A stretch of DNA of 64,000 nt from Candidatus Doudnabacteria bacterium. GTDB taxonomy: Bacteria > Patescibacteriota > Doudnabacteria > UBA920. A model generated the notes under the pieces. The model worked only from the letters and a program-made list of their open reading frames with translations, was not told the DNA's origin and made no database searches. Shown piece after piece: positions 39,131-49,952 of this stretch. A program made the translations under genes and the position numbers. Position 1 is the first letter of the stretch, and the number at the start of each line of letters is the position of its first letter. The stretch is taken from NCBI GenBank assembly GCA_963788395.1, contig CAWBGV010000030.1, positions 6,954-70,953 of the forward strand, given 5' to 3'.

Positions 39131-40078
39131 CTAAAGTTTACTGATAGCTTTACTGTTAAGATGGACTAAAACCTGTTTTAAATCGCTCGGTAATTCACTT
39201 TCTGCTTCTATCCAAGTGCCATTGGGCAGCTGGACCTCGATCCTTTGAGCGTGGAGAAATTGTCGGCCAAGATCAATCCGCTGTGTTTTTTTGTTACCAT
39301 ACAGGCCATCCCCAATCAACGGGTGACCCAGCGAGGCAAAATGGACGCGAATCTGATGTGTCCGTCCTGTATGCAATTTTATCAGAACAAGGCTGTACTC
39401 GTCAAGACTAGCCGGATCCTGTAAAAACTCCAAAACCTTGTACTCAGTCACCGCCCGCTTCGGCTCAATCATGTTTTTCGTTGAATATTTACGAAAATCC
39501 GTCTTACTTCTGCCAATGGCAGTGTCGATTATGCCCTGCGGCTTTTCCAGTTTACCGGAAACTAAAGCAATATATTCTTTCTTAATTTTACGTTCCGCAA
39601 AGGCGTCTTTTAAAAACTCGTACATTTCTTGAGTTCGAGCTACTAAAATTACCCCACTCGTATCTTTATCTAACCTATGGACAATCCCTGGACGATGATC
39701 TTCGCCGACTACATAAATATCCTGAAAATTATATAATAAAGCCGAAGCCAAGGTTTCGCCTTTAAACCCGGCACCCGGATGGACCGTTAAACCAGCCGGC
39801 TTATCTATAATTAATAACCCGTGATCGTTATAAAGAACTTTTAGCGGTGTGTTGGTGGCTTTCAACGTTTCGTTTTCCACCGCCGATTCACGGTAACTCA
39901 CTTTATTTCCCTGCCTGACCGCAAAGTGGGTCATGGTAACTGTTTTACCATCCACCAAGACCTGGCCCGCTTCGATATCGCGCTGAATATGGCTTCGGGA
40001 TACACTAGAAAGCTGGCCGGCCAAGTATCGGTCAAGGCGAATTTTTAAATCTTCCACGACAAAATGATGTTCAGGCAT
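39131..40078 (-). CDS. rluD: RluA-family 23S rRNA pseudouridine synthase (RluD-like)
   Basis: N-terminal S4 domain and the catalytic motif HRLDKDTSGV. Confidence 0.88.
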   Translation of the reverse strand: MPEHHFVVEDLKIRLDRYLAGQLSSVSRSHIQRDIEAGQVLVDGKTVTMTHFAVRQGNKVSYRESAVENETLKATNTPLKVLYNDHGLLIIDKPAGLTVHPGAGFKGETLASALLYNFQDIYVVGEDHRPGIVHRLDKDTSGVILVARTQEMYEFLKDAFAERKIKKEYIALVSGKLEKPQGIIDTAIGRSKTDFRKYSTKNMIEPKRAVTEYKVLEFLQDPASLDEYSLVLIKLHTGRTHQIRVHFASLGHPLIGDGLYGNKKTQRIDLGRQFLHAQRIEVQLPNGTWIEAESELPSDLKQVLVHLNSKAISKL

Positions 40079-40086
40079 ACAAAAAT

Positions 40087-40812
40087 TTAGACTAATAAGT
40101 CGGGTCTCCGTTTTTTGGTGCGCTTCTGCGATTCAGCGGCGCGGAACGCCTCAATATTTTTATGGTGTCCGCTGCGAAGCACTGCCGGGACGCTTAAGAT
40201 TTTCCCTTTTAATTTCCCGCTCGGGACTTTCCACTTCTCCGGCTTGGTATAGTGGGGATATTCCAGCACTCCCTCGCTAAAAGATTCCGCCACCGAAGAT
40301 TCGTCTTTGCCTAAAATTCCGGGACGCAAACGCATAACCGCCTCGCTGACCACCAGCGCCGGCAACTCACCGCCCATGAGTACATAATCGCCAATAGAAA
40401 GTTCTTCGTCCACAAACTTGCGCACCCGTTCGTCAAAACCCTCGTAACGTCCACAAACTAGGATTAACTGATCATACTTAGCCAGCCGACGCGCCCCACC
40501 CTGGTCAAACCTTTTCCCCTGCGGCGTCAACATAATAGTCCTAATTTTTAATTTGGAATTTTTAATTTGGAATTTACGCGCCGCTGCTATAGCTTTGTAT
40601 AAAACATCCGGCCGCAAGACCATCCCCACTCCGCCCCCATACGGCCGGTCATCCACCGTCTGGCGCCGGTCTAACCCAAATGAACGCAAATTAACGGCCT
40701 GAATATCTAACAGACCATTCTTAATAGCTTTTTTTATGATCCCAAAATTATCAACGAACTGGTCAATAAAGTTGGGGAAGAGCGTAATGATTTTTATGGA
40801 GAGCTTTTTCAT
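40087..40812 (-). CDS. trmD: tRNA (guanine37-N1)-methyltransferase
   Basis: ITLFPNF, GRYEGFDERV, GDYVLMGGELPA. Confidence 0.95.
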   Translation of the reverse strand: MKKLSIKIITLFPNFIDQFVDNFGIIKKAIKNGLLDIQAVNLRSFGLDRRQTVDDRPYGGGVGMVLRPDVLYKAIAAARKFQIKNSKLKIRTIMLTPQGKRFDQGGARRLAKYDQLILVCGRYEGFDERVRKFVDEELSIGDYVLMGGELPALVVSEAVMRLRPGILGKDESSVAESFSEGVLEYPHYTKPEKWKVPSGKLKGKILSVPAVLRSGHHKNIEAFRAAESQKRTKKRRPDLLV

Positions 40813-40824
40813 CTGTAATTGAAT

Positions 40825-40944
40825 TATACTACGGAAACTATAATATTTTCTACAGAAAGCTACGGAAGTTTAGGATAAAAACTCTAGAGATTTAAACCAA
40901 TGCTTCCGTAGCTTTCCGTAGTAATTTATAGCTTCCGTAGTATA
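40825..40944. repeat. ~120-nt imperfect hairpin built from CTACGGAA / TTCCGTAG words
   Basis: Terminal arms TATACTACGGAA / TTCCGTAGTATA. Three CTACGGAA-type words on one arm are mirrored by three on the other. Confidence 0.65.
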
Positions 40945-41010
40945 ACTCATTATCTCAACAAAATAAACCCGCTCTTACGAGCGGGATTATTATAATATAA
41001 ATTCAGCGAT

Positions 41011-41361
41011 TTATAATTTGAAGTCGTCGATTGCGTCGGCAGACTCTTCGGCTGGTGCGCTGGCGCCCATGCCCATTCCCGTGCCGCGATCTTCACGGCG
41101 GGGTCCGCGGTGAGAGCCTTCTGGTTCGTAAATCTTCAAGTTAACGCGAGCCTTGTGCTTAGCTCCCACAACCCTTAACAGCGTGCGGATAGCCTTAGCA
41201 GTCTGGCCCATGCGGCCAATGACCTGGCCCATATCTTCGGGGTTTAAATGCAGGGTAATTAACACACCCATTTCATCAACCACGCGCTCGGTCTTCACAT
41301 CATCAGGATGATCGACCAAAGCCTTTACCAGGTATTCAACAAATGCTTGATCTTGCTCCAT
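41011..41361 (-). CDS. KH-domain RNA-binding protein (YlqC/UPF0109-like) with a C-terminal extension
   Basis: VIGRMGQTAKAIRTLL matches the KH GxxG region. Sits in the conserved position between rpsP and trmD. Confidence 0.8.
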   Translation of the reverse strand: MEQDQAFVEYLVKALVDHPDDVKTERVVDEMGVLITLHLNPEDMGQVIGRMGQTAKAIRTLLRVVGAKHKARVNLKIYEPEGSHRGPRREDRGTGMGMGASAPAEESADAIDDFKL

Positions 41362-41428
41362 AGTAGTATCGTTTCTGGATAGCGTAATTCAGCTTCGACC
41401 TTTCTCTAGCGGTTGCTATCTTGCCGTT

Positions 41429-41457
41429 AGTATAGCGGCATTTTTTTTTGATGTCAA
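41429..41457 (-). promoter_or_regulatory. Sigma70-type promoter for the KH-trmD-rluD-rplS transcription unit
   Basis: Minus strand: TTGACA, 17-nt spacer, TATACT. Preceded by a terminator-like hairpin after rpsP. Confidence 0.6.
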
Positions 41458-41549
41458 CGGCGTAAGGAAAACAATAACTATAAAAATAACCATAGCCCTT
41501 TTGGTTATAGTTATAGTTATTTTTAGAGTTATTTTATTGCTTATCCATC

Positions 41550-41999
41550 CTACGCTGCGGGCTGATCCGGGTTAGCCGGAGCTTCGGCGGGAGAAGTTTC
41601 GGTATTTTCTGGCTTAGCTTCCACTACCGGCTCGCCAACGCTGACTGCCGCTTCCATTTCCTGCGTGGCTTCGGCGACTTCAGCCGGAGTTTCTTCGGCT
41701 TTTGCGGGAGCAGCTTCTGGCGCAGCTTCTTTTTTAGGAGTACTAAAAGCTTTAACCTTAGTACCCTGCATGACGCCTTTGGTAATAAATAGATTATTGA
41801 CGGTAGCCGAAAGCGCTACGTGCTGGCCAAGCCAATATTGCAAGCGTTCGGTTTTGACTTTGAAATCTTTTTTGCGCGGGTTATAGCTGCCTAAGATTTC
41901 ATTAAACTTTTTATTGACCGGCGCGGTCTTCTCAGCCAAGACAATCCGAAAATCAGCTTGGTTTTTCTTGCCGGTTCTTTGTAAGCGAATAATAAGCAT
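41550..41999 (-). CDS. rpsP: 30S ribosomal protein S16 with an Ala/Glu/Pro-rich C-terminal extension
   Basis: MLIIRLQRTGKKNQADFRIVLAE is a typical S16 start. The ~60-aa tail is low-complexity. Confidence 0.93.
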   Translation of the reverse strand: MLIIRLQRTGKKNQADFRIVLAEKTAPVNKKFNEILGSYNPRKKDFKVKTERLQYWLGQHVALSATVNNLFITKGVMQGTKVKAFSTPKKEAAPEAAPAKAEETPAEVAEATQEMEAAVSVGEPVVEAKPENTETSPAEAPANPDQPAA

Positions 42000-42200
42000 A
42001 GTAACTTGTCATTGCGAGTGCATCCAAAGCTATCTCTATCGAGCTACTGAGGATGTTCCCGTGATTATTTAAATTAAGGGCAAATTATTTAAGACTTTTG
42101 ATGAGTAAAACCTCTAGCAGCATTGGTGAGATTTTTTGTTCGTCCGAAAATCTTAAGTGAGCGTGGATACAGTTTAACATCAAAAGCATGGTTCGTCAAC

Positions 42201-42236
42201 TGTCTAAGAAATAAACGATCGTTTATTTCTTAGACA
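42201..42236. repeat. Perfect 36-nt palindrome of the GTCTAAGA...CGATCG...TCTTAGAC family
   Basis: TGTCTAAGAAATAAACGA|TCGTTTATTTCTTAGACA, immediately after the dedA stop. Confidence 0.7.
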
Positions 42237-42252
42237 CATTAATTTTATATGA

Positions 42253-42870
42253 TTATCGGGGTTTGGCATGTTTAACGTGCCGCCAGACCCACAGGATAAT
42301 AAATATAACTATAACGATCACTATAACGGCATCGAATTTTTGAAAATTAGAATGTAGGGCCGGCCAATTTTGGCCCAGCTTCATCCCAATGTATCCCAGG
42401 AGCAGACTCCAAAGGAACGAACCAATAAAAGTATAAGCTAAAAACTTTTTATAATTAACTTCGGCAATGCCGGCGAAGAAAGAAATAAAGCTGCGGATGA
42501 TTGGCAATAACTGGCCAATAAACACGGCCCAAAATTCAAAACGGGCAAAAAACCGCTCAGTACGGTTTAGGTCGTGATGAGAAATCAGAATATATTTGCC
42601 GTAGTGTTCTACCAACGGCCGGCCGCCTTTATAACCAATCCAGTAGGCAATACTAGCCCCCACGCAGCTACCCACGCCGCCGACAATGGCCAAAAGCAAC
42701 AAATTAAACCGTCCGGTGGAAACCAAAAATCCCGCAAACGGCAAAATCACCTCACTGGGAATCGGAATCGCCACCGTCTGCAAAGCCATTAAAAAACCCA
42801 CACCGGCATAGCCGAGGGTGGAGATGGTGTGGATGATGAGGGTGGTGAGAGAAGAAAGGACGGTAGACAT
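42253..42870 (-). CDS. dedA: DedA family membrane protein
   Basis: 205 aa with the SNARE-associated/DedA profile (IPSEVILPFAGFL, GGRPLVEHYGKY). Confidence 0.85.
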   Translation of the reverse strand: MSTVLSSLTTLIIHTISTLGYAGVGFLMALQTVAIPIPSEVILPFAGFLVSTGRFNLLLLAIVGGVGSCVGASIAYWIGYKGGRPLVEHYGKYILISHHDLNRTERFFARFEFWAVFIGQLLPIIRSFISFFAGIAEVNYKKFLAYTFIGSFLWSLLLGYIGMKLGQNWPALHSNFQKFDAVIVIVIVIFIILWVWRHVKHAKPR

Positions 42871-42879
42871 GAAAATTAT

Positions 42880-45497
42880 TTATTTCGCAAACGCCTTCGC
42901 CTGCTCCAATTTTACTGACAGCAACTTGCTCATCCCATCATCTCCCATGGTCACCCCGTACAAAATATTAGCCTGTGCCATAGTCTCGCGGTTATGGGTA
43001 ATGGTAATAAACTGAGTTTGGTGGGCCAGAGTGCCTAAAATTTGGCCAAACCGGATGGTGTTGGCGTCGTCGAGCGCCGCGTCGACTTCGTCGAGTACGA
43101 CGAAAGGCGAAGGAAAACATGTCAGTAAACTACATAGCAGCGCAATCGAAGTCAGCGCCCGCTCCCCGCCTGAAAGTGCCTGAATCGAAGCCAATTTTTT
43201 ATCCGGCGGCGTGGCTTTAATATCCACGCCTAAAACATTGCTGGCTCCGTGCTCATATTTTTGCACCACTTTTTCTTCCGGTCTCAACTCACTCTGCGGC
43301 GTGGCGTCTTCTTCCGCATCTTGTTCCTCTTCGGTTTTTTCCGCTTGCGGCTCATCTTTCAACAAACTCAAATACGCCCGGCCGCCGTTAAACAAGACTC
43401 GAAAATAGTGTTCGAATTTTTCATTAATTTTGTAAAAAGCTTCCTGAAACTTAGTTTTAATATGCTCATCCAGCTCGTCCATCACATGCCGCAGGTCTTC
43501 CATGCCGTGTTTTAAATCTTCCACTTGAGTGCTCAGCGTCGTATACCGCGTTTCTGTTTCTTGATACTCCTTAAGCGTCAGCTCGTCCATGCCGCCAATC
43601 ATTTCCAGTTGATTTTTCAACTTGCCGATCTTTGCTTCCAAATCCTGGGTCTCGGCAATAACGGCTTGCTGCTTAATATTTGAAAAAAGTTCTTCGCCCA
43701 AATTCCGGAGAATGTCATCGGTCAAAACCTGCATTTGGGTATCAACCTTGGCCTTTTCTATATTAACCACAGCTTCTTGGTCTTTAAACTTATTAACGTC
43801 GTCTTGCTTGCGCCGAAACTCGCCTTCTAAATTGTGCAGTTCCCGCTGTTTTTGCGATTCCAGCTGCTGCTGGTCCTTAAATAAATTTTCCAGGCCGGAA
43901 ATTTGCCCAGCCAGAGCCTCAATTTCGCCGTTAACCCGGGTTTCTTCCTCAATCAGACTCTTTAAAAAATCATCATACGAATTACTTTCGGATTTTTTCA
44001 GCTCCAAATCTAAGTGCAGCTTTGCCTGTTCCAAATTTTTGCGCTCTTTTTCCAAAAATTCCAACTGAATTGATGACTTAGAAAGATCTAGTTCCAACTT
44101 GCCGACTTCCGCTGTTAAGCGGTCCCGTTCGCCGGTCAGCTGATTTAATTGGCTCTGCAATTTTACCATTTCGCCTTCGGGATTTTTGGCGGCGTTTTTG
44201 GCGATGGATTTAAAGTTTTGGAATTGCTGGCGCAAATTGTCGGCCAGCTTGCGCACCTGTTCCGCCGGCAACCCCTGGCCCAGCTGGTTATAGAAATCAT
44301 CAACTAAGTGCTCCATGTTATTTAATTCCAACTCAAACAAACTCCAGTCGATGGCCCGCGGAGTCTGCATGGTCTTATAGAGTTCATTGAGCTTATGGGT
44401 TATTTTAACAAGGCCGATTGCTGGTGCACCGCTTGCCGCGCCATGGACCGATCTTGGGTAGTGGTAGTAATCTGCGCCACAACTTCCTGTAAGCGGCGCT
44501 CCGATTCGTGCAATTGCACTTGCAAAGTCTTAACGTCTACGGCTCCGACGGTTTTTTGGCTTTGCATTTTGCCCCGAATTAAACTGCCGTCTTCCAAGAG
44601 CTTGTTCTTTTTTTCCTGTAACGTAGCAAGTTGTTCCTGAATTTCCTTAAACTTGCCGATTTGGCCAATGCTTTCCGTTTCCTGATTTTCGGCCTGCATG
44701 CGCAGAGTTTGCATTTCGTCTTCCAGAGCAGTCCGCTTCTTTAGGAGTTCGGCCAGCTGCTGGGCGAAACCGTCGATTTGCTTCTTTAAAGTCCAGTAAC
44801 GGTCGCCTAAAAATTCACGCTGAAAGACTTTCAGTTCCTGTTCAATTTCCGTCCGCGCTTCCATGCGCTTGGCCTGCCGCCGCAGCGATTTTAGGCGCGG
44901 CTCAATTTCCGCTATCAAATCTTCGGCCCGCATCAAATTTTGCGCTGTCTGCTCCAGCCGCCGCAGGGTTTTTTCGCGTTTAATATAATACGTTTTAACC
45001 CCGCTGGCTTCATCAATTAAATTTTTAACTTCCGAGGGACCGGCCAAAACCATTTGGTCAATAGTTCCTTGGCCAATTACGGTATAGCGGGAAGTGCCAA
45101 TATTACTCTTTAACACCAAGTCGACAATATCCAACAGCCGAACGCGGTTGCCGTTAATTAAATATTCGCTCTCACCGCTGCGGTCAACGCGGCGGCCAAT
45201 ACTAACCTCGGCGGCATCTACCGGAATCCGGTGGTCGCGATTATCAAAAGTCGCAATGGCTTCCGCAAAACCCAAGCGTGTTTTTTTATCTGAGCCGGCA
45301 AATATTACATCGTCGCTCTTTTTTCCGCGCATCAACTTAGCGCTCTGCTCACCTAAGAGCCACCGCAAACAATCGGCAATATTGCTTTTACCGCTGCCAT
45401 TGGGTCCGACAATCGCAATAATTCCCTGAGCAAACTCCATAGTGGTTCTTTGCGCAAAGGATTTAAAACCGTGAATTTCAAGACGTTTGAGATACAT
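42880..45497 (-). CDS. smc: Chromosome partition protein Smc (short form), split by one frameshift near 44370-44400
   Basis: N-terminal fragment with Walker A GPNGSGKSN. C-terminal fragment with the signature LSGGERALT and Walker B VLDEVDAALD. Coiled coils lie between them. Confidence 0.9.
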
Positions 45498-45503
45498 GAA
45501 TTT

Positions 45504-45545
45504 ATGTTAACATGCTGTCATTTTAACATTTTTGCATTTTAACAT
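45504..45545. repeat. Three direct ATGTTAA(A/C)AT(G) repeats at 16-nt spacing just upstream of smc
   Basis: Minus strand: ATGTTAAAATG-caaaa-ATGTTAAAATG-acagc-ATGTTAACAT, ending 6 nt before the smc ATG. Confidence 0.5.
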
Positions 45546-45607
45546 TTCATCATTAGCTGGCGTCCTTGGTATGATAATATGATAGGATGCTAAAATGATA
45601 AAATTTT

Positions 45608-46300
45608 TCAAAAATTATTTTGTTTCAACGCATCTTCTGCTGCCGCCAATTCTGCTTCCTGTTTGCTGGGACCGGTGCCGCGACCGGCTTCGTCGGGGCC
45701 AATGTAAGCGCCCACAATAAAGACCTTATTATGATCCGGGCCGGATTCGGAAATCACGCCGTAAGTTGGTGTGACTCCCCGTTTTTCCTGGACTAATTCC
45801 TGCAGCTTGGATTTTGGGTCTAAGTAGCTGCCGCCTTCTATAATTTCCGGCAGTTCGGTTAAAACTTCGCGTTCAATAAACTTGGCGGTTTCGGCGTAGC
45901 CCAAGTCCAAATACAGCGCGCCGATAACAGCCTCAATACAATTCGCCAAAATTACCTGCCGGGCGCGGCCAATATCTTTAGCCTCGCCGCGGGACATTAA
46001 CAAAAATTTTTCCAGGTTTAACCGCTTAGCAATAGCTGACAGAGTTTTATAATTGACCAGCGCGCTCCGGAAATTGGTCAGCTCGCCCTCGGGATGGTTA
46101 TAGTGGGTATATAAATATTCCGTGGCCACCAGTTCCAGCACTGCGTCTCCCAAAAATTCCAGCCGCTCATTGTGGGGCAAATGGAAACCCCGGTTCTCAT
46201 TCAGGTATGACCGGTGAGTAAACGCCGAAAGGTATAAATCTGGATTTTTCATTTTGATGCCGAGAACTTTTTCCAGTTCCGGCTGATTGAGTGTGGGCAT
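45608..46300 (-). CDS. rnc: Ribonuclease III
   Basis: Signature ERLEFLGDAVLEL and a C-terminal dsRBD (GPDHNKVF...GRGTGPSKQEAE). Confidence 0.96.
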   Translation of the reverse strand: MPTLNQPELEKVLGIKMKNPDLYLSAFTHRSYLNENRGFHLPHNERLEFLGDAVLELVATEYLYTHYNHPEGELTNFRSALVNYKTLSAIAKRLNLEKFLLMSRGEAKDIGRARQVILANCIEAVIGALYLDLGYAETAKFIEREVLTELPEIIEGGSYLDPKSKLQELVQEKRGVTPTYGVISESGPDHNKVFIVGAYIGPDEAGRGTGPSKQEAELAAAEDALKQNNF

Positions 46301-46315
46301 GAACTTGAGAAGGAG

Positions 46316-46370
46316 CGCAAAATTCAGAATTCAGAATCGCACCCGGCTATTCCGCGTTCTGAGTTTTGCG
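46316..46370 (-). promoter_or_regulatory. Long hairpin in the rnc 5' leader (candidate RNase III autoregulatory site)
   Basis: 14-bp outer stem CGCAAAATTCAGAA / TTCTGAGTTTTGCG (one G-U) plus an inner stem, 16 nt upstream of the rnc ATG. Confidence 0.45.
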
Positions 46371-46430
46371 TTAAAATTATAAATAAACCTGCACTAACCT
46401 ATCCCCCCAACAAATTTTCTCGTAGAATCC

Positions 46431-46776
46431 AAATGGAAAATTTGGGGAAAGGGGCAACAATCCGAACGAAGCGGAGTCCGCCCGAGGCGGACGAAGCACA
46501 GTGAGGGTAACTTGATTGTTCCTTTTCGGGGCCCCCAAATTTCCCATCCCTAGAAAAAAATCATAGGGAAAATTGGGGAAAGGGGCAACAATCCGAACGA
46601 AGCGGAGTCCGCCCGAGGCGGACGAAGCACAGTGAGGGTAACTTGATTGTTCCTTTTCGGGGGCCCCAATTTTCCATCCCTAGAAAAAAATCATAGGGAA
46701 AATTGGGAAAGGGGCAACAATCCGAACGAAGCGAAGTCGCGTCCGACGCGACGAAACGCAGTGAGGATTGATTGAC
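46431..46776. repeat. Tandem array of three ~131-nt units, each a ~110-nt long hairpin (candidate structured ncRNA array)
   Basis: Apical stems lie at 46476-46492, 46607-46623 and 46736-46752. Copies 1 and 2 are nearly identical. Copy 3 has 4 compensatory base-pair swaps. No ORF and no unique spacers. Confidence 0.8.
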
Positions 46777-46779
46777 CCG

Positions 46780-46855
46780 TGGTGGGCACTAGAGGAATCG
46801 AACCTCTGACCTATTCTACGTCAAAGAATCGCTCTACCAACTGAGCTAAGTGCCC
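46780..46855 (-). tRNA. tRNA-Val (anticodon GAC), CCA encoded
   Basis: The reverse complement GGGCACTTAGCTCAGTTGGTAGAGCGATTCTTTGACGTAGAATAGGTCAGAGGTTCGATTCCTCTAGTGCCCACCA folds into a canonical 7/4/5/5 cloverleaf with anticodon loop TTGACGT. Confidence 0.93.
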
Positions 46856-46859
46856 ATAT

Positions 46860-47759
46860 CTATCTTGCGGGTGATGCTGCTAATTGAACCACTTTCTTTT
46901 CTTCACTTTCTATGGGAGTAATTAACTCCAAAAAAAATAGCAGCAATGCCGTATTATAGAATACACTGAGGATACTAATCAAGGCCGCCAGCAGTATTCC
47001 CACCACCAATTGCGCCAAGCCTGTTACTATAATAGCAGAAAAACCGGAAATACTGAACTTCCCAAAGCTTAAGATGATTAACTTTAAAAACAGCCCTAAT
47101 AAAAATACTACGGAAAGCCCCAGAACCAAAAAAACCACATATATAAGCATTAAAATAATCAGTAACCCTAAAATTTCCGGCCACTTGGATACAAAAAAGT
47201 CAGTTCCCAGGTTCAAAGCGGCGCCAATAGATTTCTTAAAAAAAATGATAAAGTAGGTGGTGAAAATGTTCAGGCATGACACCGTAAAGGCCAGGGGTAA
47301 AAACAAAATTACCGCTAAAATCCACAACAAAGTCTGGCTTTGTGGATCATTAACCAATAAAAATGGCGCAAAAAACAAGCCGCCGCTGACCACCACAATC
47401 AAAGCGGCAGTCAGGAGGCTTAATTGAATGACCGGACTCAAAAAGATTTTACTTTTTTGAAATTGTGTCCGCAAATCCAAAAATCGTTCCTGAACAACTT
47501 GCTGGATGGCTAAAATTAATACAATTCGCGACCAATTAGTCACCACTAATCCGATCGCCGAAACTAAGAGTAGCGAAAAACTGGCTGTCGCCAGCAGCGC
47601 CGGATGCAGTTGAAAAAAATTCAGCCACTGGCGCCACCCCGTCAGTATTCCAATTCCGGCTTGGGTCGTACCGGAAGAATGGGGCAGAAAAAAATTTAAA
47701 CTAAACGTCCCGGCCGCAAATAAACCAAAAATCCACAGGCTCGGCCGATGCAGCGCCAA
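46860..47759 (-). CDS. Hypothetical polytopic membrane protein
   Basis: 299-aa ORF with at least 6 hydrophobic helices. No motif recognised. Confidence 0.6.
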   Translation of the reverse strand: MALHRPSLWIFGLFAAGTFSLNFFLPHSSGTTQAGIGILTGWRQWLNFFQLHPALLATASFSLLLVSAIGLVVTNWSRIVLILAIQQVVQERFLDLRTQFQKSKIFLSPVIQLSLLTAALIVVVSGGLFFAPFLLVNDPQSQTLLWILAVILFLPLAFTVSCLNIFTTYFIIFFKKSIGAALNLGTDFFVSKWPEILGLLIILMLIYVVFLVLGLSVVFLLGLFLKLIILSFGKFSISGFSAIIVTGLAQLVVGILLAALISILSVFYNTALLLFFLELITPIESEEKKVVQLAASPAR

Positions 47760-47884
47760 ACTGTATGACTGCTTAATAATGCGGGAATAGAAAGCATGTT
47801 AGAAAAAATTCCAAATTTCAAATGTCAAAATCTTGAACAACCAACCTGACATATGCTTGAAATTTGGAATTTAGAGTTTAGAAT

Positions 47885-49790
<1,906 letters not shown>

Positions 49791-49859
49791 TTACTGAACC
49801 ACACTGCTACTTAAAACGAGCGATCAGGCATTTCGGCTCTCGCAATAAGAATTGAGTCT

Positions 49860-49888
49860 ATTATACAAAACTTTTGACGAAAAATCAA
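49860..49888 (-). promoter_or_regulatory. Candidate ftsH promoter
   Basis: Minus strand: TTGATT, 17-nt spacer, TATAAT, about 95 nt upstream of the ftsH ATG. Confidence 0.5.
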
Positions 49889-49913
49889 CCCTCAACTTAG
49901 GCTTATTTACATG

Positions 49914-49944
49914 AAAAAACCTCTTCGCAACTCGCGAAGAGGTT
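49914..49944 (-). terminator. Intrinsic terminator
   Basis: 9-bp stem CCTCTTCGC/GCGAAGAGG, followed on the minus strand by TTTTTT. Confidence 0.75.
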
Positions 49945-49952
49945 AATAATCT

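Noticed and set aside
45504-45513. A parS (ParB binding) site, suggested by the palindrome ATGTTAACAT next to smc.
   Set aside because: It shares only the TGTT/AACA ends with the 16-nt parS consensus TGTTNCACGTGAAACA. It lacks the CACGTG core and is 10 nt rather than 16 nt.
46431-46776. A CRISPR array, or alternatively DGR template/variable repeats or a retron msr/msd, as the explanation for the 131-nt tandem units.
   Set aside because: The units are contiguous and repeat over their whole length, so there are no unique spacers. No cas genes and no reverse transcriptase are in the window. The differences between copies are compensatory stem swaps, not adenine-specific substitutions.
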